A stretch of DNA of 27,291 bases from Hyphomicrobiales bacterium (GTDB taxonomy: Bacteria; Pseudomonadota; Alphaproteobacteria; Rhizobiales; Xanthobacteraceae), in assembly GCA_034669125.1 (NCBI GenBank), contig JAXDOA010000018.1:1-27291 (forward strand), given 5' to 3'. The notes beneath the pieces were generated by a model that had not been told where the DNA came from, did no database searches, and saw only the letters and a list, made by a program, of their open reading frames with translations. Positions 17,937-26,162 of the stretch are shown one piece after another (positions within the stretch are counted from its first letter, which is position 1; the number at the start of each line of letters is the position of its first letter). Position numbers and translations under genes: made by a program.

Positions 17937-18416
17937 TCATTCCCGGTGATACGGGTGCCCCGACAGGATCGTGGTCGCGCGGTAGATCTGCTCCAGCAGC
18001 ATGATGCGCACCAATTGATGCGGCCAGGTGAGCGCCCCGAAGGCGAGATGCAGGTCGGCCTGGTCCGACAGCGTCGGCGCGAGACCGTCCGGGCCGCCGA
18101 TCACGAACGCCACGTCGCGGCCGCCGTCGTTCCAGCCGCGCAGGCGCTTGGTGAAAGCGTTGGAGTCGACGGTCTCGCCGCGCGGGTCGAGCAGCACGGT
18201 CGCGGCGTCCTTCGGGATCACGTTGGCGAGCGCGATCGATTCTTCCAGCATGCGCCGCTGCGGCTCGCGCGCGCGGCTCTCGGCGATTTCGACGACTTCG
18301 AGCGAGCGCAGGCCGATCCCGCGTCCCGATTTGACGGCGCGCTCCCGATAGCGTTCGCTGAGATCGCTCTCAGGGCCACGCTTGAGCCGGCCGACTGCCG
18401 CGATGACGATGCGCAT
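17937..18416 (-). CDS. rlmH: 23S rRNA (pseudouridine1915-N3)-methyltransferase
   Basis: [55 protein letters not shown] signature; follows rsfS. Confidence 0.98.
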   Translation of the reverse strand: MRIVIAAVGRLKRGPESDLSERYRERAVKSGRGIGLRSLEVVEIAESRAREPQRRMLEESIALANVIPKDAATVLLDPRGETVDSNAFTKRLRGWNDGGRDVAFVIGGPDGLAPTLSDQADLHLAFGALTWPHQLVRIMLLEQIYRATTILSGHPYHRE

Positions 18417-18448
18417 CGCCGCAGACTAGCAGAGGCGAGCCCCGAAAC

Positions 18449-18856
18449 TCAGCTCGCGCGTTTGCCGCGGGTGCTGCCCGGCTCCCACATCTTTTCGAGG
18501 TTGTAGAAGTCGCGAACCTCGGGCCGGAAGACGTGGACGATCACGTCGCCTGCGTCGATCAGCACCCAGTCGCAATGCGGCATGCCCTCGACCCGCAGGT
18601 TCCGTAAGCCGGCCTTGCGCAGGTCTTCGAGCACGCGATCGGCGACCGCGCCGACGTGACGATTGGACCGTCCGGAGGTCACAACCATGGTGTCGGCGAT
18701 GGTGGTTTTGCCGCGCAGATCGATGGAGGTGGTGTCCTCGGCCTTCATGTCGTCGAGGCTGACGAGGACGTGGCGAAGGGTTTCCTCGGGGCTTGGCGCC
18801 TTGGAAACCGGTTCGGGCTTGTAACGGGCTGCCCGAGGGAGCGCAGTGATGGACAG
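18449..18856 (-). CDS. rsfS: Ribosome silencing factor (Iojap family)
   Basis: LDDMKAED, IADTMVVTSGRSNRHV, DWVLIDAGDVIVHVF..EVRDFYNLEKMW. The start is uncertain; CTG at 18856 follows a GAAAGGA SD. Confidence 0.95.
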   Translation of the reverse strand: MSITALPRAARYKPEPVSKAPSPEETLRHVLVSLDDMKAEDTTSIDLRGKTTIADTMVVTSGRSNRHVGAVADRVLEDLRKAGLRNLRVEGMPHCDWVLIDAGDVIVHVFRPEVRDFYNLEKMWEPGSTRGKRAS

Positions 18857-18987
18857 GGGCTGTGATCCTTTCGGTTCATAGCCCCGGACACCCTGCCCGG
18901 GGCCTACAACCAGCATATGCGTGCCCGGTTAATGGATTCAACCCGGCCCATGGTCCGCAACGCCACTTTCCGGGGTTTGCGCGACCT

Positions 18988-19596
18988 TTATGTGACACTT
19001 TTCGGCTTGCGCAGCGCTCGCAGGGCTGTCGACGACAATGGCGACTTCAGCCCATGCAGGAACACCCAGGCGGGCGGGCGGCGAAGCGGCAACGACTTCG
19101 CGGCCGATTCGCCAATGCGGAACCGGGCGAGCGCCTGGCCGGCGGTTCCGGCGGTGGCGTAAAGGCTCGGGCCGACGCGGTCGACCACCGCGATGGGCAC
19201 AATGTGCGCGATGTCGCGCCATTTCTGCCAGCGGTGGAAGCTGCGCAGGTTGTCCGCGCCCATGATCCAGACGAAATGCACGCCGGGGCAGCGTGCGATG
19301 AGCGTGCGGACGGTGTCGTGCGTGTAGCGCGTGTGCATCTCCGCCTCGACCCCGGTGACGACGATGCGCGGATGCGCGGCGAGGGCTTGCGCGGCGGCGA
19401 TGCGCTCTGCAAGGGGGCTCAGGCCGCGCGTGTCCTTGAGCGGATTGCCGGGCGTCACCAGCCACCAGATGCGGTCGAGATTAAGCCGCCGCATGGCGAG
19501 CAGGCAGGCCGCGCGATGCGCCGCGTGCGGCGGATCGAACGTGCCGCCGAACAGGCCGATGCGAAGGCCGCGCGGATGCGGCGGCAGGCGAATCAC
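18988..19596 (-). CDS. nadD: Nicotinate-nucleotide adenylyltransferase
   Basis: [38 protein letters not shown]. The GTG start overlaps the proA stop (GTGA). Confidence 0.97.
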   Translation of the reverse strand: MIRLPPHPRGLRIGLFGGTFDPPHAAHRAACLLAMRRLNLDRIWWLVTPGNPLKDTRGLSPLAERIAAAQALAAHPRIVVTGVEAEMHTRYTHDTVRTLIARCPGVHFVWIMGADNLRSFHRWQKWRDIAHIVPIAVVDRVGPSLYATAGTAGQALARFRIGESAAKSLPLRRPPAWVFLHGLKSPLSSTALRALRKPKSVT

Positions 19597-20882
19597 GGCC
19601 TGATCTGCCCCGTTCCGCGGATGCGATACTTGAACGTGGTGAGCTGCTCGACGCCGACGGGCCCGCGCGCGTGCATGCGCCCGGTCGCGATGCCGATCTC
19701 GGCGCCGAAGCCGAACTCGCCGCCGTCGGCGAACTGCGTTGAGGCATTGTGCAGCACGATCGCCGAGTCGACTTCGCTGAGGAATTTCTCGGCGGCCTTT
19801 TGATCCGCGGTGACGATCGCGTCGGTGTGGTGCGAACCGTAGCGCTCGATGTGGGCGATCGCGGCATCGACGCCGTCGACGACATTCGCCGCGATGATGG
19901 CGTCGAGATATTCGGCCGGCCAGTCCTCTTCGGTTGCGGGCTTCACGCGCGTATCGGATTTCTGCACGTCGGCATCGCCGCGCACCTCGCAGCCGGCATC
20001 GAGCAGCATCGCGACCAGGGATTTAAGCATCGTCGGCGCGGCGGCGCGATCGACCAGCAGCGTCTCGGCCGCACCGCACACGCCGGTGCGGCGCATCTTG
20101 GCGTTGAGCACGATTGTTCTCGCCATCTCCAGATCGGCGGCCTTGTCGACATAGACATGCACGACGCCTTCCAGATGCGCGAACACCGGCACGCGCGCCT
20201 CGACCTGCACGCGCGCGACCAGACCTTTGCCGCCGCGCGGCACGATCACATCGAGATTGCCATCGAGCCCGGCGAGCATCAGCCCGACCGCTGCACGGTC
20301 GCGCGTCGGCACAAGCTGGATCGAATCCTCGGGGAGATCGGCGGCGCGCAAACCCTCAAGCAGCGCCGCATGGATCGCGCGCGCGGAGCGGAAGCTTTCC
20401 GAGCCGCCGCGCAGGATCGCAGCGTTTCCGGCTTTCAGGCAAAGCACGGCCGCGTCCGCCGTCACGTTCGGGCGGCTCTCGTAAATCACGCCGATCACGC
20501 CGAGCGGCACGCGCACGCGTTCGATGGTCATGCCGTTCGGCCGCGTCCAGCTCGCCATCACGGCGCCGATGGGGTCCTTCAGATCGCGCACCATCTCGAT
20601 GCCCGACGCCATACCGGCGACGATCTTCGGCGTCAGCGTAAGCCGGTCGAGAAATGCCGCGTTCGTCCCGGCGGCTTTGACCTCGGCGACATCCTCGGCA
20701 TTCGCCGCAAGGATCGCGGCTTCGCTGGCGCGGATCGCCCGCGCCATCGCGGCGAGGGCGGCATCGCGCTGCTTAGCCGGCGAGAGCGCGAGTTTGCGCG
20801 CGGCGCTTCTAGCACGGCGGCCGATGTCGGCCATCGCGGCGGCGATGCCGGTGCCCTCGATGGATTTCAGCGGCGCGGTCAT
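19593..20882 (-). CDS. proA: Gamma-glutamyl phosphate reductase
   Basis: [59 protein letters not shown]. Start is ATG 20882 or 20888. Confidence 0.98.
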   Translation of the reverse strand: MTAPLKSIEGTGIAAAMADIGRRARSAARKLALSPAKQRDAALAAMARAIRASEAAILAANAEDVAEVKAAGTNAAFLDRLTLTPKIVAGMASGIEMVRDLKDPIGAVMASWTRPNGMTIERVRVPLGVIGVIYESRPNVTADAAVLCLKAGNAAILRGGSESFRSARAIHAALLEGLRAADLPEDSIQLVPTRDRAAVGLMLAGLDGNLDVIVPRGGKGLVARVQVEARVPVFAHLEGVVHVYVDKAADLEMARTIVLNAKMRRTGVCGAAETLLVDRAAAPTMLKSLVAMLLDAGCEVRGDADVQKSDTRVKPATEEDWPAEYLDAIIAANVVDGVDAAIAHIERYGSHHTDAIVTADQKAAEKFLSEVDSAIVLHNASTQFADGGEFGFGAEIGIATGRMHARGPVGVEQLTTFKYRIRGTGQIRP

Positions 20883-20888
20883 GCGCAT

Positions 20889-20917
20889 GATTTAGCATGG
20901 AGGAACCAGCCGGGCGA
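20889..20917 (-). promoter_or_regulatory. Candidate sigma70 promoter for proA, leaderless geometry
   Basis: TCGCCC-17nt-TAAATC, in a GCTAAATC context matching the Caulobacter-type GCTANAWC -10. It ends 6 nt before ATG 20882, and there is no SD. Confidence 0.45.
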
Positions 20918-20925
20918 GACGCAGC

Positions 20926-20953
20926 AAAAAAGGGCGCCGCGCTGGCGCCCTTT
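20926..20953 (-). terminator. Intrinsic terminator after the small hypothetical gene, just upstream of proA
   Basis: Stem GGGCGCC-5nt-GGCGCCC, extended by A/T pairs and followed on the minus strand by a T6 tract. Confidence 0.75.
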
Positions 20954-20974
20954 GGGAGTTGTATGCGGGTGCTG

Positions 20975-21202
20975 TCAGATGCCGGCGATCACGATGCCGT
21001 TTTCGGGAACCAGATCGCCGAGCATTCCGGCCAAATAGGCCTTCACGGTATCGTCGTTCCAGTCCGCCGAGCGCCAGACGGTCACTTCGGGCGCGAGATT
21101 CTCGCGTGGGCCGTGCCACGCCACCAGATAGTCGGAGAGCCAGCCGGCCAGTTTCCCGGCTTCCAGCCTTCCGGCGATCGCTTGATGCAAGTCGATATCC
21201 AT
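20975..21202 (-). CDS. Small hypothetical protein (75 aa)
   Basis: MDIDLHQAIAGRLEAGKLAGWLSDYLVAW... has natural composition, fills the intergenic gap and is followed by a terminator. Confidence 0.65.
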   Translation of the reverse strand: MDIDLHQAIAGRLEAGKLAGWLSDYLVAWHGPRENLAPEVTVWRSADWNDDTVKAYLAGMLGDLVPENGIVIAGI

Positions 21203-21271
21203 GGCGGCGCTCCAAGCCAATGCCCGGGATAACGCCGCACTGCGGTCTATGTTCCGCAGTGCAACAAGTAT

Positions 21272-21298
21272 CTGAAGGAAAAGAGTATTTTCCCTCAG
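21272..21298 (-). terminator. Hairpin right after the Gly-rich gene (terminator or stabiliser)
   Basis: Minus-strand CTGAGGGAAAA-tactc-TTTTCCTTCAG: an 11-bp stem whose single mismatch is G-U only on the minus-strand RNA. Confidence 0.55.
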
Positions 21299-21301
21299 GA
21301 C

Positions 21302-21628
21302 TTAGTAATAGCAGACGTTGACCAGGCGGACGCGCCAACCATACGGCGTCCAGATACGGCGCGGCTGCACGCAGCCGTCATAGCCGTAGCCATATCCGTA
21401 CCCGCCATACCCTAGCCCATAGGCACCGGCCAGCCCGAGGCCGAGACCGATCCCTAGCCCGGGTCCAAAGCGGCGGAAGCCACCCCCACGGAAGCCGCCG
21501 CCGTGAAAACCACCGCCGTGGAATCCACCACCGCGGAAGCCGCCTCCGCCCGGACGGGCTGAAGCTTCGGTCGCAGCGAAGGCGAGGCTGATGAAAGCCG
21601 CCGCCAGGATCGCGATGAACGTACGCAT
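21302..21628 (-). CDS. Secreted glycine-rich protein (GGGF[RH] repeats, C-terminal Cys pair)
   Basis: Signal peptide ending ASA-R, five GGGF[R/H] units, a GYG-rich linker and C..WTPYGWR...VNVC. GAGGAG SD upstream. Confidence 0.88.
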   Translation of the reverse strand: MRTFIAILAAAFISLAFAATEASARPGGGGFRGGGFHGGGFHGGGFRGGGFRRFGPGLGIGLGLGLAGAYGLGYGGYGYGYGYDGCVQPRRIWTPYGWRVRLVNVCYY

Positions 21629-21780
21629 GGGAACTGCTCCTCTCCGGCAATCGCCCCTCTAGACACCATAACACCGCAGGCCGCGGTTCGTTGTCACGAT
21701 TCTGCTAGAAAAAATGAACGGCCGTATAGCTGGCATGCAGGCGGCACGGCATTGCCAGACGGCCGCGCCGCACTAGAACA

Positions 21781-22710
21781 GTGGTGGCGGCCATTCCGGC
21801 GCGCTCTCAGACATTGGCCGTGCCAGTTCCACAACAGCAAACCGCCGACACGACCGCGAAACTGATGCTGGTCGCGCTCAGCTTCGCCTGGGGCCTCACG
21901 TGGCCGGCGATGCGCATCGCGCTCGACGAGATTCCGCCGTTCAGCATGCGTGTGGTGACGCTCGCGCTGGGCGCCGGCGCGCTGTTCGCCGTCGCCAGAT
22001 TGCAGGGACGCTCCTTCGCGCTCGGCAGCGCGAAGAATTGCGCGCATCTGATCGTCTCGGGCATCCTCAACGTGCTGTCGTTCTCGCTGTTCAGCGTGAT
22101 CGCGATGATGTTCGCCAGCACCGGCCGGGTCGCGATGCTGTCCTACACGATGCCGATCTGGGCGGCGGTGTTCGCCTGGTTCGTGCTCGGCGAACGGCTC
22201 ACGCGCGCGCGCGTCATCGCGCTGGCGCTGTGTGCCGCCGGGATGGCGATCCTGATCACTCCGCTGCTGCAAACCGGCAGGGTCATCGGCCTCGCGATCG
22301 CGATCGGCATCGCGGTGAGCTGGGCGGCGGGCACCGTGTATGTGAAATGGGCGCGCATGACCGGCGATCCGATCGCCAACGCGGCGTGGCAGATCCTTGC
22401 GGCCTTCGTCATCGTCACCGCGTGCCTGCCGTTCGCCGAAGGATCTCTGCACCTGACGCAAGCCAGCGCGCTCGCGGCGTTCGCGACGGTTTTCGCCGGG
22501 CTTGTCGGCTCCGGGCTCGCCTATTTCCTCTGGTTCGGGATCATCGGCCGGGTGCCGGCGATGACGGCGTCGCTCGGCGTATTGAGCGCGCCGGTGATCG
22601 GCGTCCTCTCCACCGCGCTGTTGCTTGGCGAAATTCCCACCGCGGCGGATATCGTCGGTTACGTGCTGATCTTCGCGGCGTCGGTGTGCGTGCTGCTGCC
22701 GGGGCGCTAG
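21781..22710 (+). CDS. DMT/EamA family transporter
   Basis: About 10 TM segments in two repeats. WGLTWPAMR, YTMPIWA...FVLGERLT and GLAYFLWF motifs. The exact start is uncertain. Confidence 0.92.
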   Translation: MVAAIPARSQTLAVPVPQQQTADTTAKLMLVALSFAWGLTWPAMRIALDEIPPFSMRVVTLALGAGALFAVARLQGRSFALGSAKNCAHLIVSGILNVLSFSLFSVIAMMFASTGRVAMLSYTMPIWAAVFAWFVLGERLTRARVIALALCAAGMAILITPLLQTGRVIGLAIAIGIAVSWAAGTVYVKWARMTGDPIANAAWQILAAFVIVTACLPFAEGSLHLTQASALAAFATVFAGLVGSGLAYFLWFGIIGRVPAMTASLGVLSAPVIGVLSTALLLGEIPTAADIVGYVLIFAASVCVLLPGR

Positions 22711-22713
22711 CCC

Positions 22714-22839
22714 GTGTCCCGGGCGCATCGCAGCATGAAATGATGCGATGCAGACCCGGGACCGCCAAGAGCACCACGTTTTGGGCGGTCCCGCATCTGC
22801 GATGCACCGCTAAGCGGCGCTGCATCGCGTGCGGGACAC
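22714..22839. repeat. REP-like nested palindrome between convergent EamA and priA
   Basis: Terminal inverted repeat GTGTCCCG / CGGGACAC, with internal GCATCGCA..TGCGATGC, GGGACCGCC..GGCGGTCCC and GATGCA..TGCATC stems. Confidence 0.88.
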
Positions 22840-22845
22840 AGCAAG

Positions 22846-25017
22846 TTACAAAAAACTCTGCGGATCGACATCGACATCGAGCTTGATGTCGCCCTTGCGC
22901 TTCGGCGCCTGCACGAGCCAGTCGCGCAGATAGCCGGGCAGATCGAAATTGCGCGCCGACTTCACCATCAGGCGAAAGCGATGCCGCCCGCGCACCACCG
23001 CGAGCGGCGCCTCGGCGGGGCCGAGCACGCGCACGTCTTCGGTCGCGGGAGCGGATGCTGCGAGTTTGCGGGCGAAACCTTCCGTGGCGTGCTTGTCGGT
23101 GCCGGTGACCAGCAGGCTCGCGAGCCGCCCGAACGGCGGATAGCCGGTACGCTCGCGCGCGGCGATTTCGGAATCGTAGAACGCCTCGCGGTCCTGCGCG
23201 ATCAGCGCCTTCATCACCGGATGCTCGGGCTGGTGCGTCTGCAGATAGCCGATGCCGTGCCCCTCGTCGCGGCCGGCGCGGCCGATCACCTGATGCAGCA
23301 GCTGGAACGTGCGCTCGGCGGCGCGTGGATCGCCCGAGCCTAAGCCCAGATCGGCATCGACCACGCCGACCAGATTGAGTTTGGGAAAATGGTGCCCCTT
23401 GGCGACGAGCTGCGTGCCGATGACGATATCGACGCGGCCCTGCTCGATGTCGCGGAATTCCTCGCGCATGCGCTCGATCGAGGCGATCAGATCGCTCGAG
23501 AGCACCATGATGCGCTTGTCGGGAAACAGGGCGGCTGCTTCCTCTTCGAGCCGCTCGACGCCGGGTCCGCAGGCCACAAAGGAGTCCGTGGCCTTGCACT
23601 TCGGGCAGGCGGCGGGCGGCGGCGCGGTGAAGCCGCAGTGGTGGCAGACGAGCTGGCGCTTGAAGCGGTGATCGACCAGCCAGGCATCGCAGTTCGGACA
23701 GTTGAGGCGGAAGCCGCAGGCGCGGCACAGCGTCAGCGGCGCGTAGCCGCGGCGGTTCAAGAACAGCAGCGCCTGTTCGCCGCGCTCCAGCGCGGTCTTG
23801 ACGATGCCGGCGAGGCGCGGCGCGATGAAACGCCCACGCGGCGGGCCCTCGCGCTTCAAGTCAATCGCCTCGATGGCGGGCTCGCGCTGCCCGCCGAAGC
23901 GCTGGGCGAGTGCGAGCCGCCGGTAGCGCCCGCGCCGCGCGTTCACGACGGTCTCGACCGAGGGCGTTGCCGACGACAGCACGATCGGAATGTCGGCGAT
24001 GCGCGCGCGCACCACCGCCATGTCGCGCGCGTGGTAGTGCACGCCGTCTTCCTGCTTGTAGACGGCGTCATGCTCCTCATCGACGACGATCAGGCCGAGA
24101 TCGGCGTAGGGCAGAAACAGCGCCGAGCGCGCGCCCACGATGACATTCACTTCTCCGGCCGCGACCGCGTTCCAGGTGCGTGCGCGCTTGCGTGCGCCAA
24201 GCTCCGAATGCCATTCGGCCGGGCGCGTGCCGAAACGCTGCGCGAAGCGGTCGAGGAATTGCGCCGTGAGCGCGATCTCGGGCATCAGGACCAGCGCCTG
24301 GCGGCGTTTGCGGATCGTTTCGGCGATCGCCTCGAAATAGACCTCGGTTTTTCCAGAGCCGGTGACGCCGTCGAGTAGGTCGACCATGAAACCGCCGTTC
24401 TTCACGGCGGCACGCAGGATGTCGGCGGCCATACGCTGCGGGGCGGTCAGTTCCGGATTGCGATAATCCGGATCGGGTTGACGCGCGACCGGCTCCGCCG
24501 GCAGCGCAACGACTTCCAGCGTGCCTTCATCGACCAGTCCGTCGATGACGCCGGCCGAGACACCGGCATCCTTGGCGGCTTCGGACTTGGTGCGCAACAG
24601 GCCGTCGGCGAGCGCGTCGAGGACGCGCCGGCGCGCCGGCGTGAGGCGCTGCGGCGCAGGGCCGGCAAGCCGCACCGCGACGCGCTCGCGCTCGGGGCCG
24701 AGTTCGCCCATGCGCAAGGCCATGCGCAGCACCATGCCTTTGGGGCTGAGCGTGTAGTTCGCGACCCAATCGACGAATTTGCGCAGTTCTTCGCGCAGCG
24801 GCGGATAGTCGAGCTTGCCCTCAACGTCCTTGAGGCGATTGTGCAGGCCGGGGCGAAGCGGAACGTTGTCGGCCCACACCACGCCGAGCGCCTCGCGCGC
24901 CCCCAGCGGCACCGCCACGAGATCGCCGACGTGCAGGTCCAGTTCCGGCGGCGCGCGGTACGAATAGGCGTGGTCGAGCGCGACCGGCACCAGAACGTCG
25001 ACGATGCGCTGTGCCAT
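22846..25017 (-). CDS. priA: Primosomal protein N'
   Basis: DGVTGSGKTEVY, LMPEIALT, VVDEEHD..YKQE, LSSATPS, two Cys-knuckle pairs (CRAC/CPNC/CHHC/CPKC), IGTQLVAKGHHFP, QVIGRAGR. Alternative start at ATG 25041. Confidence 0.98.
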   Translation of the reverse strand: MAQRIVDVLVPVALDHAYSYRAPPELDLHVGDLVAVPLGAREALGVVWADNVPLRPGLHNRLKDVEGKLDYPPLREELRKFVDWVANYTLSPKGMVLRMALRMGELGPERERVAVRLAGPAPQRLTPARRRVLDALADGLLRTKSEAAKDAGVSAGVIDGLVDEGTLEVVALPAEPVARQPDPDYRNPELTAPQRMAADILRAAVKNGGFMVDLLDGVTGSGKTEVYFEAIAETIRKRRQALVLMPEIALTAQFLDRFAQRFGTRPAEWHSELGARKRARTWNAVAAGEVNVIVGARSALFLPYADLGLIVVDEEHDAVYKQEDGVHYHARDMAVVRARIADIPIVLSSATPSVETVVNARRGRYRRLALAQRFGGQREPAIEAIDLKREGPPRGRFIAPRLAGIVKTALERGEQALLFLNRRGYAPLTLCRACGFRLNCPNCDAWLVDHRFKRQLVCHHCGFTAPPPAACPKCKATDSFVACGPGVERLEEEAAALFPDKRIMVLSSDLIASIERMREEFRDIEQGRVDIVIGTQLVAKGHHFPKLNLVGVVDADLGLGSGDPRAAERTFQLLHQVIGRAGRDEGHGIGYLQTHQPEHPVMKALIAQDREAFYDSEIAARERTGYPPFGRLASLLVTGTDKHATEGFARKLAASAPATEDVRVLGPAEAPLAVVRGRHRFRLMVKSARNFDLPGYLRDWLVQAPKRKGDIKLDVDVDPQSFL

Positions 25018-25114
25018 GCCGGGCCGACTCGGATAGAGCATTCTTTAAGGGAACGCAGGGGATTATAGCGGGGGTGTCAAGCGACGCCCCTCAGGGTGAG
25101 GGCGACAGAGAGAT

Positions 25115-26077
25115 ATGACGTCGGCAGACGAAAGCAACGCGCTCCACTTCGCCTCCGCCGATGTGGCGGCCGAGCTGCGGCGCTGGCTGTCGCATCTGGG
25201 CGCCGAGCGGCGCATGTCGCCGAAAACCGTCGAGGCTTATGAGCGCGACGCGCGGCAGTTCCTGCAATTCCTGACCGGGCACACCGGGGAGCAGGTTTCG
25301 CTGAAAGGCCTTGCGGCAATCGAGCCGCGCGACGTACGCGCCTTCATGGCGTCGCGGCGTTCGGACGGGATCGGCTCGCGCTCGCTGATGAGGTCGCTCG
25401 CCGGCGTGCGCTCGTTTGCGCGTTTCCTCGAACGCAACGGCAAGGGCAAGGTCGGCGCGCTCGCCGCCGTGCGGGCGCCGAAGGTGCCGAAGACGTTGCC
25501 GAAGCCGATTTCGATCGCTTCCGCCAGGCGCCTGACCGACATCGATTTGCGCGCCGGCGAGGAGCGCGAGCCGTGGGTTCTGGCGCGCGATGCCGCGATC
25601 CTCGCGCTGCTGTACGGCTCCGGGCTGCGCATCTCGGAGGCGCTCGGGCTGACCCGCGAGGCCATGCCGGCACCCGGCAAGGGCGACTCGATCACGGTGC
25701 GCGGCAAGGGCAACAAGGCGCGCATGGTGCCGGTGTTGCCGGCGGTGCTGCAACTGATCGCCGACTATGCGGCGCTGTGTCCATACGATCTGCCGGACGG
25801 CAGCCCGATCTTCCTCGGCGCCAAAGGCGGACCGCTCTCGCCCCGCATCGTGCAGCTCACCATGGCGCGGCTGCGCGGCGCTTTGGGCCTGGCCGAGACC
25901 GCGACGCCGCATGCGCTGCGCCATTCCTTCGCAACGCATCTCTTGGCGCGCGGCGGTGATTTGCGCGCGATCCAGGAATTGCTCGGCCACGCCTCGCTCT
26001 CGACCACGCAAATCTATACGGCGGTTGACAGCGAGCAATTGCTGCAGGTTTACCGCAGCGCGCATCCGCGCGCGTGA
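25115..26077 (+). CDS. xerC: Tyrosine recombinase XerC
   Basis: SPKTVEAYERD, LLYGSGLRISE, RGKGNKAR, TPHALRHSFATHLL, IQELLGHASLSTTQIY. Divergent from priA, as in related chromosomes. Confidence 0.93.
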   Translation: MTSADESNALHFASADVAAELRRWLSHLGAERRMSPKTVEAYERDARQFLQFLTGHTGEQVSLKGLAAIEPRDVRAFMASRRSDGIGSRSLMRSLAGVRSFARFLERNGKGKVGALAAVRAPKVPKTLPKPISIASARRLTDIDLRAGEEREPWVLARDAAILALLYGSGLRISEALGLTREAMPAPGKGDSITVRGKGNKARMVPVLPAVLQLIADYAALCPYDLPDGSPIFLGAKGGPLSPRIVQLTMARLRGALGLAETATPHALRHSFATHLLARGGDLRAIQELLGHASLSTTQIYTAVDSEQLLQVYRSAHPRA

Positions 26078-26078
26078 C

Positions 26079-26101
26079 ATTTCGGCGACAAACGCCGAAA
26101 T
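26079..26101 (+). terminator. Hairpin immediately after xerC
   Basis: ATTTCGGCG-acaaa-CGCCGAAAT, a 9-bp stem with no clear U tract. Confidence 0.35.
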
Positions 26102-26162
26102 CCCCTTGCGGCGCAGCGTCTGTTGGCCCAACGTCCCGGCCGGTCAACCTGGGGAGGCCACG

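Noticed and set aside
18857-18987. Riboswitch or sRNA between nadD and rsfS
   Set aside because: There is only a short GCCCCGG/CCGGGGC stem and a possible TTGAAT-18-TATGCT promoter. I recognise no conserved RNA family motif.
21471-21550. Short tandem repeats as a CRISPR array or VNTR
   Set aside because: They are 15-nt coding units for GGGF[R/H] with synonymous variation. There are no spacers and no cas genes.
25115-26077. Tyrosine recombinase as the integrase for the rlmH-flanked cassette or a prophage
   Set aside because: Sequence and position (divergent from priA) fit housekeeping XerC. It lies 7 kb from the repeat, there are no phage or ICE genes, and I saw no dif-like site.
19749-26131. 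Long ORFs 19749-21038 (+), 23389-24378 (+) and 25091-26131 (-)
   Set aside because: Antisense shadows of proA, priA and xerC respectively.
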